Of a stretch of 64,000 nucleotides of DNA, positions 19,469 through 29,925 are shown piece after piece. The notes under the pieces are model-generated. The model was not told where the DNA came from. It saw nothing but the letters and a program-made list of their open reading frames with translations, and ran no database searches. The stretch is from NCBI GenBank assembly GCA_964468645.1, contig CAYXUU010000029.1, positions 14,084-78,083 of the forward strand. The letters are read 5' to 3'. This DNA comes from an uncultured Bacteroidales bacterium (GTDB taxonomy: Bacteria > Bacteroidota > Bacteroidia > Bacteroidales > JAIOZK01). The first letter of the stretch is position 1, and each line of letters starts with the position of its first letter. Both the position numbers and the translations under genes were made by a program.

Positions 19469-20200
19469 TCAGTTCCCCGTGCCCTGAATGTTTATCGATT
19501 TCTCTAAATTAGCGACTTTCCTTGAAAACAAACCTTTTACCCCAACACCAAAGGTAAGGACCCTGCTTTTTGCATTCAGGTTATGTGACAGTGGGACATT
19601 GTTTTTACCATCCGTTGTAAGACCGTGCTTATAACTGAACTCAAAAAATGTGTCGTAATTACACAGGACTGTTTGAACACCTATGGCAAATGCTAATGCA
19701 AGGCTTGCCCTCTTTGTATAGGTTTTAAGGTTTTTGTTAATATCATCTTTGTTATTACCGTACTCCACGGTGCCTTTGGCTTTACCTCCCATGAACAAAC
19801 CGACACTAGGTCCAATACCACCATACAGGGTTACACTATTTATAATTTCATAATAGTATCGTGCCATTAAAAGAATCTGGAGGTAATTTGCTGTAACCCT
19901 TACTTTTTCGTTATAAGTGACCATGGGATCAGCACCCTCCTCTTTGTAAGTAGCGCCACGCTGGTCGAAGTTCAATCCTGCGACAGCTGTAAAGGATTTA
20001 TAAAACTTATACTCGGCGAAGGCTCCGATATTAAGACCGGGTTTAAATTTGAAACAACCGGCATAAACATTTTCATTGACACCGATCTTGGATAGATTCA
20101 TCCCCAGCTTTGCACCAAGGGAAAACTGGGCGGAAAGGTCTATACTGCAACCCAGAAAAAACAGCATTGCAAAGCACAATACAATTACATTTCTTTTCAA
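19469..20200 (-). CDS. outer-membrane beta-barrel protein (OmpA-like/porin-family small barrel)
   Basis: A signal peptide is followed by alternating hydrophobic beta-strands with aromatic girdle residues. Length is 243 aa. Confidence 0.65.
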   Translation of the reverse strand: MKRNVIVLCFAMLFFLGCSIDLSAQFSLGAKLGMNLSKIGVNENVYAGCFKFKPGLNIGAFAEYKFYKSFTAVAGLNFDQRGATYKEEGADPMVTYNEKVRVTANYLQILLMARYYYEIINSVTLYGGIGPSVGLFMGGKAKGTVEYGNNKDDINKNLKTYTKRASLALAFAIGVQTVLCNYDTFFEFSYKHGLTTDGKNNVPLSHNLNAKSRVLTFGVGVKGLFSRKVANLEKSINIQGTGN

Positions 20201-20206
20201 GTTATT

Positions 20207-21061
20207 TTATTGTAAAAAAGAACGTACTTTCTGGGTAATAAATTCAGAAGGAACTTTCTTCTGGCCAAAATCAAAATCTTTCCAGGCACGGTAAACAGAT
20301 TTGGCATAATACTGCCCATCATCGTTTTTTCTTTCCTTTAATATCCCGATCAGGTCGCTATAAACCCTGGTGTTTCGAGCCTGTGGGAATTTTGATAATA
20401 CTTCGAGTACATGTAAAATATCATACCAGATAAATGGCGCCTTGAGTTTCTTAAAATCTGTTCCCATGCCAAACAGGAATGGTTTTTTTTCCTTTCTTAC
20501 ACTCCATAGATATTCCAGGGTATCAATAGCTGTTATTGCATATTCACTTTCGATCAATTCCGGGAATGCCGATATCATCCTTAACACAACCAGGTTTGCG
20601 TAAGGACAGGGATCCTCCCTCCTGCCCGGCCCTTTAAATTTCTTGCTATAGATTTGTGAAGCAGCACATGGCCAGCCATTGTCCCTGCTTAGACCCAGGA
20701 TATAATCACGGGCCCTGATCACCTGATCGTTGTTATGGTATCCAAACTCAGCCAGTGCATAAACAGGTAAGGGCGCATCACACAGCATCCAGGAATACTC
20801 ATCAGTGCCTGATCCACCAAATACGGTTGGAATGTTAATAATCAGATGGAAGGGACCTTCTTTCGATTGAAGGCTTAGAATCTTTTCACTGATCTCCCTG
20901 ATATTACCATCCGAATTTGTAAAACCAAGATCTGCAATAAATACAAGCTTATGCAATAGATGATTTGCATCATTATGTCTTTTCAACCGCTCACCAGGCC
21001 AATCCTTTAACTGGCTGATAATTTGATTTACAAGAGGATCACTTTTCTTCAAATACATCAA
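20207..21061 (-). CDS. cytoplasmic alpha/alpha-toroid repeat protein (prenyltransferase/terpene-cyclase-like QxxDGGW-type repeats)
   Basis: Motifs LQSKEGPF and LSRDNGWPC resemble the Q-x-x-D/E-G-G/S-W repeats of the squalene-cyclase/prenyltransferase fold. It overlaps the upstream DUF1028 gene by 4 nt. Confidence 0.45.
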   Translation of the reverse strand: MMYLKKSDPLVNQIISQLKDWPGERLKRHNDANHLLHKLVFIADLGFTNSDGNIREISEKILSLQSKEGPFHLIINIPTVFGGSGTDEYSWMLCDAPLPVYALAEFGYHNNDQVIRARDYILGLSRDNGWPCAASQIYSKKFKGPGRREDPCPYANLVVLRMISAFPELIESEYAITAIDTLEYLWSVRKEKKPFLFGMGTDFKKLKAPFIWYDILHVLEVLSKFPQARNTRVYSDLIGILKERKNDDGQYYAKSVYRAWKDFDFGQKKVPSEFITQKVRSFLQ

Positions 21062-22065
21062 TGAAGGATGATCAGTTTTTTTGTTATTTGATTACCATTA
21101 TCCAACAAAAGTTTGATGAGGTATAAACCTCCTGGAATTTTTGAGGTGTTGAAAGAAATATCCCTGGCATCTTTCAAACTAACTTTCCTGATCAATTGAC
21201 CGGACTGGTTTAAAAGCGCCAGTTCAACAGGAAGTGTATTACCGGTAACAACAATATTGATCATCCCTGAGGCAGGATTAGGGGTAACTTCCATCTGTAT
21301 CTCAGAGGTATTTATTTCTTCATCGCCAAGGTATAAAAGCCATTCATCAAATAATGCCTGGAGCGAATCTATAGGTTCAACACCATAAGGGGTTGAAGGG
21401 ACTACAAGGTTGCAATAATAAGTGCCATTTGTATCGTAAGGTTGGGCAACCCTGAGAAAGGAAGACAGTGATGAAACACCTTCACCCGTGCATCTTGAAT
21501 CGGCACCCGGAACATTAGCCCCCTGCAGAGCAGCCATCAGTTTAACTGCGAGTTCCCCCTCTGTATTCAAAAATCTTGACTCCATCGAATCAAGGATCTG
21601 TTGTCCGAGTAATATATTACCCTGGATGGCATAATTAGGCCCAACGATATGATTCTTATAATTCAGGCAGTTATTCCCTGTGAAGGCGGCAGCACGGGGT
21701 GAACCATCCTCATTAAAATCGGCGATGCCATACTGCCTGATTCCGGGATTGTTCTGCACATCATTATCGACGAGCCATTGAATGATCTCATCGGGGCTCA
21801 TCCCTTCTTCCATCCTGTCATGGGCATTCTGCTGATTGGTGGCATTCCAGTACGACTGGGTATGTATCCCGCCTCTTCCCGGGATAATATCATTAATGAT
21901 CAGCACACCCCCGGGGATCTGACTGTCGTCGATACAGGAAGCACCAGCCCCTCCAATTTCACCAGTAATGCTATCAACTGCGATAATGGAAAAGGTATCC
22001 TGCGATCGCATTGTCACAGGATAGCCTAATAACGAAATGATTAATACCCACACTTGAATCTTCAT
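21058..22065 (-). CDS. DUF1028-family (Ntn-hydrolase-like) protein with a T9SS type-A C-terminal sorting domain
   Basis: After the signal peptide the mature N-terminus is TFSIIAVDSITGEIGGAGAS, which matches the DUF1028 TFSIvA.D..TGe.GvA motif. The C-terminal roughly 75 aa (VTPNPASGMINIVV...GGLYLIKLLLDNGNQITKKLIILH) form a T9SS sorting domain. The ORF-track start at 22089 is TTG; the ATG at 22065 is preferred. Confidence 0.7.
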   Translation of the reverse strand: MKIQVWVLIISLLGYPVTMRSQDTFSIIAVDSITGEIGGAGASCIDDSQIPGGVLIINDIIPGRGGIHTQSYWNATNQQNAHDRMEEGMSPDEIIQWLVDNDVQNNPGIRQYGIADFNEDGSPRAAAFTGNNCLNYKNHIVGPNYAIQGNILLGQQILDSMESRFLNTEGELAVKLMAALQGANVPGADSRCTGEGVSSLSSFLRVAQPYDTNGTYYCNLVVPSTPYGVEPIDSLQALFDEWLLYLGDEEINTSEIQMEVTPNPASGMINIVVTGNTLPVELALLNQSGQLIRKVSLKDARDISFNTSKIPGGLYLIKLLLDNGNQITKKLIILH

Positions 22066-22257
22066 AGCATAGAATTTTATATTTGGCAACGTTTCAAAAA
22101 ATAAATTACCAGCACCAAATTACAAAGAAATTCCAAAATCCTAAGACTCAATGACCTAAACTGTTTTGTGTATTTGAATTTGGGATTTGTAATTTATTTG
22201 ATGTTTGTTTTTTGTTATCTGGTGCTTCATTAAAAACTTTTCTGCTTGTATTACAGC

Positions 22258-24381
22258 CTAATCAAACTCCGGATCCATATCCAGGTTATACATCATAAAC
22301 GAATAAATATCAGCATATTCCTGGATAATTTTGCTGGTTGGTTTACCGCCTCCATGGCCTGCTTTTGTTTCTATCAGAATAAGATAAGGATTATTACCGC
22401 CTCCTTTTTCCTGCAATGTTGAAATAAACTTAAAAGAATGGGCCGGTACTACCCTGTCATCATGATCGGCTGTTGTTACCAGGGTTGCAGGATACTTCAC
22501 ACCCTTTTTGATAGTATGTATCGGAGAATAGCCATAAAGGTACTCGAACATTTCCTTGCTATCGGCGCTTGAACCATAGTCGCTGGCCCAGGCCCATCCG
22601 ATTGTAAAAAGGTGATACCTGAGCATATCCATCACTCCTACCTGTGGAATAGCCACAGCAAACAGTTCAGGACGCTGGATCATACAGGCACCTACCAGAA
22701 GCCCGCCGTTGGAGCCACCCATAATTGCTGTTTTTGAGGAATTGGTATAATTATTTTGGATCAGGTATTCGGTGGCTGCAATAAAGTCATCAAATACATT
22801 TTGCTTGTTCATCTTCATACCTCCCTGGTGCCATTCTTCCCCGTATTCGCCACCACCCCTCAGATTAACAAGGGCATATACACCACCCTGCTCAATGAAC
22901 AATGAACGGGTGATACTGAATGATGGTGTCATGGAGATATTAAATCCGCCATATCCGTAAAGCAGCGCCGGGTTATCTCCATTCATCCCAAGTCCTTTCT
23001 TATGAACAATAAACATAGGCACTTTTGTTCCATCTTTACTGGTAAAGAATACCTGCCGGGTTACAAAATCATCCGCATCAAAATCAAGGTCAGGTTTATT
23101 ATAAACCTTAAAAGTATTTTCCTTAACATTAAAGAGATAATTAGTTGAAGGAAATGTAAATGATGTAAATCCGAAGAAAGCCTGGTCTTCATCTTTTTCA
23201 CCGTTCAGGCTGTAAAGTGTTCCTATCCCTGGCAATTTCATATCTTCAAGGAAATTACCCTCCTGATCATAAATCATGGCCTTACTGTATGCATCTTTCA
23301 TATATTCCCCAATCAGTTTACCACCTATCAGATCAATAGATTCAAGAACTTCAGGTTTTTCGGCAATTAATGTTTCCCAGTTCTCAAGTTGAGGATTTGA
23401 AGCATCTGCCAGCATCAGCTTCCAAGTGGGTGCATGATGGTTGGTCTTGATATAGATTTTATCCCCAATATTATCAATAACGTTGTATTCATAATCAAAT
23501 CCCGGGGCGATAGGTATAAAGTCCTTTCCGTTTTTGGCCAGATTTTTAAAATACAATGCATTTCCGCTGGTACTTTCAGTTTCATAAATAAAAAGAAATT
23601 TCTCATCTTCGGTAACCTGGGCGTGGAAATTACGCAATGGGTGGTTGGAAGCTTCAAATATAGTTTTGTCGCCCTTTGAAGGAGTGCCAAGTTTATGATA
23701 CTTCACTTTGTGATATTCATTTCTTCCGGAAAGGACATCGTCTTCATCAGGTTCATCATAGGCGCTGTAATAAAAACCATCAGCCTTCCATGATATACCA
23801 GAGAACTTAACCCATTTCACATGGTCGGGAAGTTTCTCACCGGTATTAATATCCATGACATAAATTTCTGACCAATCTGATCCGGCATTGGCAGTTGAAT
23901 AGGCAAGATAATGTCCATCATTTGAAATACTGACATTTGAAAGTGCAATGGTGCCATCCTCAGAGAATTTATTCGGATCCAGTAATACCCTTGGCTCTGC
24001 ATCCAATGCATCCATGATATAAAAAACACTCTGGTTCTGGAGGCCATCATTTTTAAAGAAAAAATAGTGATCACCTTTCTTATATGGCACTCCATATTTT
24101 GGATAATTCCATAACTCTGTTAAACGTTTTCTGAGGTCATCCCTGAATGGAATATCGGAAAGATAGTCTTCGGTGATCTCATTCTCAGCCTTCACCCATG
24201 CTGCAGTTTCTTCAGAATTATCATCTTCAAGCCAGCGGTAAGGATCAGGAACTTCAACACCAAAATAGATATCAACAGTATCAACCTTTGCCGTCAGCGG
24301 GTAATCAATTTTCTTCATATTTTTACAACCAAACATCATAAATACTCCTGTAAGAATTAATAATAAAAAAATCTTCTTCAT
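22258..24381 (-). CDS. prolyl oligopeptidase (S9A family serine peptidase), lipoprotein
   Basis: It has the GGSNGGLLVGA nucleophile-elbow motif, a roughly 700-aa beta-propeller plus alpha/beta-hydrolase architecture, and the lipobox MMFGC. Confidence 0.85.
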   Translation of the reverse strand: MKKIFLLLILTGVFMMFGCKNMKKIDYPLTAKVDTVDIYFGVEVPDPYRWLEDDNSEETAAWVKAENEITEDYLSDIPFRDDLRKRLTELWNYPKYGVPYKKGDHYFFFKNDGLQNQSVFYIMDALDAEPRVLLDPNKFSEDGTIALSNVSISNDGHYLAYSTANAGSDWSEIYVMDINTGEKLPDHVKWVKFSGISWKADGFYYSAYDEPDEDDVLSGRNEYHKVKYHKLGTPSKGDKTIFEASNHPLRNFHAQVTEDEKFLFIYETESTSGNALYFKNLAKNGKDFIPIAPGFDYEYNVIDNIGDKIYIKTNHHAPTWKLMLADASNPQLENWETLIAEKPEVLESIDLIGGKLIGEYMKDAYSKAMIYDQEGNFLEDMKLPGIGTLYSLNGEKDEDQAFFGFTSFTFPSTNYLFNVKENTFKVYNKPDLDFDADDFVTRQVFFTSKDGTKVPMFIVHKKGLGMNGDNPALLYGYGGFNISMTPSFSITRSLFIEQGGVYALVNLRGGGEYGEEWHQGGMKMNKQNVFDDFIAATEYLIQNNYTNSSKTAIMGGSNGGLLVGACMIQRPELFAVAIPQVGVMDMLRYHLFTIGWAWASDYGSSADSKEMFEYLYGYSPIHTIKKGVKYPATLVTTADHDDRVVPAHSFKFISTLQEKGGGNNPYLILIETKAGHGGGKPTSKIIQEYADIYSFMMYNLDMDPEFD

Positions 24382-24481
24382 AATAAAATATACTTTTAAT
24401 TAATAAATGATTTTATAATATTGCATCGTCATATTTGATTCGAATTAATAATTAAGTAAGCAATAAAATCTTTTCTTCCAG

Positions 24482-25381
24482 ATGGACCGCAAAATCAAGA
24501 GCATCACAATTGAGAGACATGATCTGATTATCGCAGATCTGCATTCAGAAGAGCTTGAATTAAAAGCCCGAAAATACAAATTTACTGAATACAACACCTC
24601 AGGAAATATTACAAAAGAGATTACCTGGGATCCGAATGAAACAATTGAGGAAAGTATTCAGCGTGATTATAAGGGAAGCCAGCTTCTGGAGGAGAGATAT
24701 TTTGATGAGCATAACGAAATTGCCGAGAAAAAAACCTTTGAGTATGACGAAGCAGGAAAACTGATCGCTGAATATAAACATTATCTTGATGGTTCCATTG
24801 ATACTATCTCCTATATCTATAATGATTCAGGAAAACTGGTTAAGAAAATTTTGAAAGATGAAGATGAGATCATCGAATCGGCAGAATATTTTGAATACCA
24901 GCAAGACTATTTATCGAAATGGGAAATTTATGATGATGGGAATCGACTGATCGTTAAAAATATGCATAAATATGATGATAAGGGCAATGTCATCGAGAAC
25001 ACTGTTTATAATGAAGAAAGCGGGGAAGACTACAGGGAGTACATTGAATATAATGATAATGGAATAAGGACAAAATCAACCAGGGTCGATCAGGATAATA
25101 ATATTACCGAAGTTCTTATATACGAAACAGATGCCAATGGAAAGGTTGTGCAAGTCACAGAAGAATCTCCCATAGTATTCAATACCACCAATCTTGAATA
25201 TGATGATCAAGGTAACCTTATCAAACAGGAGGAATACAACAAAGACAAGCAATTAAACCACAGGATAGAAAGGAGTTATGACGAAGATGGAAACACCATG
25301 GAAACGAAGGTTTTTGTTGATTTACACGGTGAGGGCCTGAACAGGAACTACATCCTTAATTATACCTATGAATTCTTCTAG
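24482..25381 (+). CDS. cytoplasmic YD-repeat-like protein (repeated Y-x-Y-D-x-x-G-N/K-L/V-I units)
   Basis: There are at least seven units, for example FEYDEAGKLIAEY, YIYNDSGKLVKKI, HKYDDKGNVIENTVY and LEYDDQGNLIKQEEY. There is no signal peptide. Confidence 0.5.
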   Translation: MDRKIKSITIERHDLIIADLHSEELELKARKYKFTEYNTSGNITKEITWDPNETIEESIQRDYKGSQLLEERYFDEHNEIAEKKTFEYDEAGKLIAEYKHYLDGSIDTISYIYNDSGKLVKKILKDEDEIIESAEYFEYQQDYLSKWEIYDDGNRLIVKNMHKYDDKGNVIENTVYNEESGEDYREYIEYNDNGIRTKSTRVDQDNNITEVLIYETDANGKVVQVTEESPIVFNTTNLEYDDQGNLIKQEEYNKDKQLNHRIERSYDEDGNTMETKVFVDLHGEGLNRNYILNYTYEFF

Positions 25382-25498
25382 ATCATTTTACATTAATCCT
25401 TATGCCGTTAACTGGGTAGTTACTCCCTTTGACTGATTTTCTATTGATCATAACATAAAACATTTTTACTTTTATTCTCTGGGAATAATTTCTTACAG

Positions 25499-26965
25499 AT
25501 GCGATTTCAGAACTTATTACGATTAAGCATTGTACTTATCATTACCGGATACCTCAGCCAGGGATTTTCTCAATGTCTTGAGGAGGTTAATTTTAATGAT
25601 TGGAGCAAAGAAGGAAATCCCGATGCTGTATGGATCGTTGAGCATGATAGCATCGTTTATATTTCTGCAGACCAAAGTTCCACAACCCCCCCTACTTTTT
25701 TTGTCACTTCCAAGAATTTCTTAAATGTAAAGATCTTCGGGACCATAACTACCCAGACCTCTTTTGATGATGATTTTATAGGATTCGTTTTTGGCTATAA
25801 GAAGCCCAATTCATCCACATCTTCATCTGATTATGAGTTCCTTTTATTGGACTGGAAGAAGGAATCGGGTGAGGCCTTTGGAGAATATGCAAAAGAGGGA
25901 TTTACACTGGTTAAAGTTAACGGGCATATCGATGAGGCATATTTCTGGCAATTCTTCTGGGGGCACGAAAGTGAACCGGGAAGGTTCGAGGTGCTGGCAA
26001 CTAAGTATGGTTCAAATAAAGGCTGGGAATATAATTCCTCCTACAATTTTGAATTAAACTATACCTCTACACGAACCATTATCCTGATTGATGGGGATAC
26101 GATCTTTGACCATCCGGGCTGCTATGAGACAGGCCGCTTTGGATTTTATTGCTTTTCGCAGGAACATGGCATTCGATTTGAATCGTTTGATTACAAACTT
26201 GAAGTGGATTTTAAAATCCTTAACAATAATCAGTGTATGGGGGATATCATTCAGTTTTCATCCATCGATGAACATTGTTCAGTAATACCTTCCAATATCA
26301 TATCATGGAAATGGGATTTTGGTGACGGATCTTTTTCCGAAGAAATAAACCCGTCACATCAATATACAGAATCCGGCACGTATAATGTAAAGCTTGTTGT
26401 GACCGATGAACATGGTTGCTCTGACAGTACCCACCGGTCGGTAACTATCCATCCATTTCCCGACCTGAGTTCGCTAAATGACACCCTGGTTGAATTTGGT
26501 TCAGACCTAACGCTGAATGCAGGTAATTATGGAGCACAATTTCTCTGGACCAATGGTGAGGTTGGCCGTATCATAACACTTGAGCAGCTTACAGAAGAAA
26601 CCATCATTGGTGTTGAGATAACAAAGCATAACTGTTCCATCTTTAAAGAGATAACAATATTTGTCGGCCCGCCGCCAGTTACAGAGATATATTTACCTAA
26701 TGCATTCACGCCGGATAATGATGGCTTGAATGATCTTTTTATGGCAAAAGGAAAGAACATTGATCAATTTATAATGTATATCTATGATAAATGGGGTATG
26801 CCAATCTACAATACTGATGATATATCTACCGGGTGGGACGGCACTAAGAACGGAAATCCATGCCCCGAAGGAGTTTATGTTTACCTCATTGATTATACTG
26901 GTATATATCCTGATAACCAGGCCTCCGCAACCAATATTTCCGGCACCCTGACATTGATCAGATAA
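25499..26965 (+). CDS. secreted PKD-domain protein with a T9SS type-B (gliding-motility-associated) C-terminal domain
   Basis: It has a signal peptide, a PKD motif (WKWDFGDGSFSEEINPSHQYTESGTYNVKLVVTDEHGC) and the C-terminal LPNAFTPDNDGLNDLF...GVYVY type-B sorting pattern. Confidence 0.75.
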   Translation: MRFQNLLRLSIVLIITGYLSQGFSQCLEEVNFNDWSKEGNPDAVWIVEHDSIVYISADQSSTTPPTFFVTSKNFLNVKIFGTITTQTSFDDDFIGFVFGYKKPNSSTSSSDYEFLLLDWKKESGEAFGEYAKEGFTLVKVNGHIDEAYFWQFFWGHESEPGRFEVLATKYGSNKGWEYNSSYNFELNYTSTRTIILIDGDTIFDHPGCYETGRFGFYCFSQEHGIRFESFDYKLEVDFKILNNNQCMGDIIQFSSIDEHCSVIPSNIISWKWDFGDGSFSEEINPSHQYTESGTYNVKLVVTDEHGCSDSTHRSVTIHPFPDLSSLNDTLVEFGSDLTLNAGNYGAQFLWTNGEVGRIITLEQLTEETIIGVEITKHNCSIFKEITIFVGPPPVTEIYLPNAFTPDNDGLNDLFMAKGKNIDQFIMYIYDKWGMPIYNTDDISTGWDGTKNGNPCPEGVYVYLIDYTGIYPDNQASATNISGTLTLIR

Positions 26966-27034
26966 TTATTCGTTTCTCTGTATTTTACATTAAATTTACA
27001 ATTCCTTTTGCACCCTTTTATTAACATCCAGCTT

Positions 27035-27625
27035 ATGGAAGCAACATTTTATAACTCAGAAATTTTCGCCTTGGTAGTATTACCAATACTTATCTTCTTA
27101 TCCAGAATAGCCGATCAAACCATTGGCACCCTGCGATTGATTTTTTTATCAAAAGGATTCCGGTATATCGCCCCTACCCTTGGATTTTTTGAAGTGATTA
27201 TCTGGTTACTGGCAGTTACCCAGATCATCAAACATATTGATAATGTTGTCAGTTATATTGCCTATGGTGCCGGTTTCGCCACAGGAAATTTCATTGGAAT
27301 GTGGCTGGAAGAAAAACTGTCTATAGGTAAAGTAATCATTAGGATCGTACCCAAAACCAGTACCGAAAATCTTGTTGCCTACATGAAATCGAAAAACTAT
27401 GGCGTAACCCTTGTGGACGCATCAGGAAGTATGGGAAAAGTTAAAATAATTTTTTCAATAATAAACAGGAAAGATCTTCGGGATATTCTTCCTGCCATCA
27501 ACCAGTATAACCCTCATGCATTTTATTCTATTGAGGACGTGCGTTCTGTAAAGGAAGGGGTATTCCCGTCATCGAAGAAAAATGGTTATCGTTTTGCACA
27601 TCCGGGTGGAAAGAAAATAAAATAA
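27035..27625 (+). CDS. UPF0316/DUF2179-family membrane protein
   Basis: Three N-terminal TM helices (LVVLPILIFLSRIADQTIGTLRLIFLSKG...) are followed by a soluble DUF2179-like C-terminus. The ORF-track start at 27008 is TTG; the ATG at 27035 is preferred. Confidence 0.65.
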   Translation: MEATFYNSEIFALVVLPILIFLSRIADQTIGTLRLIFLSKGFRYIAPTLGFFEVIIWLLAVTQIIKHIDNVVSYIAYGAGFATGNFIGMWLEEKLSIGKVIIRIVPKTSTENLVAYMKSKNYGVTLVDASGSMGKVKIIFSIINRKDLRDILPAINQYNPHAFYSIEDVRSVKEGVFPSSKKNGYRFAHPGGKKIK

Positions 27626-27667
27626 ATATAGAAAAAACCTCAAACTGCTAGCTATAAACTGATACCA

Positions 27668-29008
27668 TTATCCCCCATGCTTCACAATCGTCTTTTTCTT
27701 CCACCTTCCCGTAAGGTAATAGAAGTATGATAGCGTCATACCGATCACCCAGGCAATGGGAATCCCCCACCAGATACCAGTAACACCATACTGCTGGGAA
27801 AGAAAATAACAACCTGGTATTCGAACCAGCCAGAGGGCAATAAAGGTGATGATCATAGGAATTACAGTATCACCGGCGCCTCTCATAACAGCGCCTATGA
27901 TAAACATGGTTGAAAAAGTGATGTAAAACCAGCCAACAATGATCAGGTATTCAGCACCTATTCTTACCACTTCTGCATCACTGGTAAATATCTGCATGAT
28001 AGGTTTTCGGAAGATAATTGAAATGGCAGTGATCATCAGAACAAGCAAAGAAACCATTTTCATCGTTTCAATCAAACCGTAATGAACTCTTTCAGGTTTA
28101 TTGGCCCCCAGGTTCTGCCCTACAAAAGTTGAGAGTGCAGCTGCAAAATTCATGGCCGGTAATGAAACAAATGAACCTATTGTAAACACTGCAGTATATG
28201 CTGCCACAGCATCAGTACCGAAAGGATTAACCAGCAGGAACATGACGCTCATACCCAGGGCCACAAATAATTGTTGTAATCCAATGGGAGTCCCAACCCT
28301 GAAACTTTTCCAGAATATCTGAACATCAAAAACCATCTTTCTCCACGAAAGATTGATCACCTCATGGGTTTTGTTGAGGTATATGATTGCACTGATAAAA
28401 GCACCTCCCTGTGAGATGACTGTTGCCAGTGCTGCACCTGCAACACCCATTTTAAAAACAAGCACAAAAAGAAGATCTAGGATGATGTTTGTAATGGTGG
28501 ATATCACCATAAAGTACAGTGGTGTTTTCGAATCGCCAAGCCCTCTCAATATGGCGCTGGTTCCACTAAAGCCGAAAAATAGCAGTGCCCCCGACATGTA
28601 TATTTTGAAATAGGTATTGGCTTCCGGCCTGACCTCCACAGGAAGATTGATCAACTGAAATATCTCATCGCTGAATAAAACACCCACAACAGATACAATT
28701 ATAGAAGCAAAGAATATCAATATATACAGGGTGTCTATTGTCCTCCTTACATTGTTCAAATCCTTATTCCCAAAATACTGGGCGATAGCGATTGTAAAAC
28801 CAATGGCAACACCAATGAAAAAGGAGATCAATACAAAGATCACAGGAAATGATGCTCCAACTGCTGCAAGGGCTTCTTTACCGATGACCCTGCCCACGAT
28901 GAGCCTGTCGACAACATTGTACATCAACTGGAAAACATTTCCAATTAACATAGGCAAGGCAAAATATAAAATTTGCTTCCTGACGTTGCCAACACTAAGA
29001 TCTTTCAT
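27668..29008 (-). CDS. MATE-family multidrug/oligosaccharidyl-lipid efflux transporter
   Basis: It has 12 TM segments and the N-terminal MATE signature ILYFALPMLIGNVFQLMYNVVDRLIVGR. Confidence 0.85.
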   Translation of the reverse strand: MKDLSVGNVRKQILYFALPMLIGNVFQLMYNVVDRLIVGRVIGKEALAAVGASFPVIFVLISFFIGVAIGFTIAIAQYFGNKDLNNVRRTIDTLYILIFFASIIVSVVGVLFSDEIFQLINLPVEVRPEANTYFKIYMSGALLFFGFSGTSAILRGLGDSKTPLYFMVISTITNIILDLLFVLVFKMGVAGAALATVISQGGAFISAIIYLNKTHEVINLSWRKMVFDVQIFWKSFRVGTPIGLQQLFVALGMSVMFLLVNPFGTDAVAAYTAVFTIGSFVSLPAMNFAAALSTFVGQNLGANKPERVHYGLIETMKMVSLLVLMITAISIIFRKPIMQIFTSDAEVVRIGAEYLIIVGWFYITFSTMFIIGAVMRGAGDTVIPMIITFIALWLVRIPGCYFLSQQYGVTGIWWGIPIAWVIGMTLSYFYYLTGRWKKKTIVKHGG

Positions 29009-29060
29009 TTTTCAGGTTTGCAGTAAAAGTACAGAATTAACGGCTTGGTTGATGATTTGT

Positions 29061-29351
29061 TTACCCGGCAGGATTGCTTTTCTTTCCGGTTGTAATGTCC
29101 CTGATTGTCTTTGCTGGCTTTGACGCCTTATCGATTTCCGATGAGATATTATTAATTTCATTCCTGATATCATCAATTCCATTCTTACCATCTTCGGTCC
29201 TGGTAGCTTTTTTAAAATCATGGATTCCTTTACCAATTCCCTTCATAAGTTCAGGCAATTTTTTACCACCGAATATTAGCAGAATAATCACTGCAATGAT
29301 AATAATCTCCGGCCCACCGAGCATCCCCAATATAATATATCCTCCATTCAT
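29061..29351 (-). CDS. tatA: twin-arginine translocase subunit TatA/E
   Basis: It contains GGPEIIIIAVIILLIFGGKKLPELMKGIGKGIHDFKKA (a TM helix followed by an amphipathic helix). The start may be the internal M at 29324. Confidence 0.8.
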   Translation of the reverse strand: MNGGYIILGMLGGPEIIIIAVIILLIFGGKKLPELMKGIGKGIHDFKKATRTEDGKNGIDDIRNEINNISSEIDKASKPAKTIRDITTGKKSNPAG

Positions 29352-29514
29352 TTTCTGAAGTACTTAGTATTATATTCCCATTCAGGTGAATATTTAGAAA
29401 ACAAAATTAATCAACTTATGTAGATGCAGGCATATTTTTATGTTGTATTTATTGCGGATAAATGCAAAACACCCTGTTCATATTACTTAATTCACTGATT
29501 TATATTATCTTTGC

Positions 29515-29892
29515 AGAAACAGCAATTCGTTCTATCGCTCCGGCACAGTCGGGGAGGAAAGTCGGGACAACATAGAGCACCATGCTTCCTAACAGGAAGG
29601 ATCCCCGACCAGGTCGGGGGGACAGAAAGTGCCACAGAAAACAAACCGTCCGCCAGTTGGCGGATAAGGGTGAAAACGTGAGGTAAGAGCTCACGGCTCA
29701 GCATGGTGACATGCTGTGAAGGTAAACCTCATGGGTTGAAAGGCCAAATATACCGGGGACTGAGGGCTGCTCGCCCGATCCCGGGGGGTTGGTTGTTAGA
29801 TCCTGATGGTGACATCAGGGCCAGAGAAATGATAGAAATCCCGATTTTAATCGGGAAAACAGAATCCCGCTTATAGAATTGCTTCGTTATAT
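29515..29892 (+). ncRNA. rnpB: RNase P RNA (bacterial type A)
   Basis: The + strand carries the universally conserved elements GGAGGAAAGTCGGGAC (P4 5' strand, compare AGGAAAGUCCGGGCUCC), CAGAAAACAAACCGTCCGCCAGTTGGCGG, AAGGGTGAAAACGTGAGGTAAGAGCTCACGG (compare GGUAAGGGUGAAAGGGUGCGGUAAGAGCGCACC), GGCCAAATA and ACAGAATCCCGCTTAT (P4 3' strand). The P1 helix is formed by roughly 29517-29530 and 29876-29889. The region is locally GC-rich. Confidence 0.85.
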
Positions 29893-29925
29893 GAAATCCC
29901 TCCATCAGGGGGGATTTCGCCTTTA
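29893..29925 (+). terminator. stem-loop after rnpB (gaaatccc...gggatttc) followed by a weak T-tract
   Basis: An 8-bp stem directly follows the 3' end of rnpB. Confidence 0.35.
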
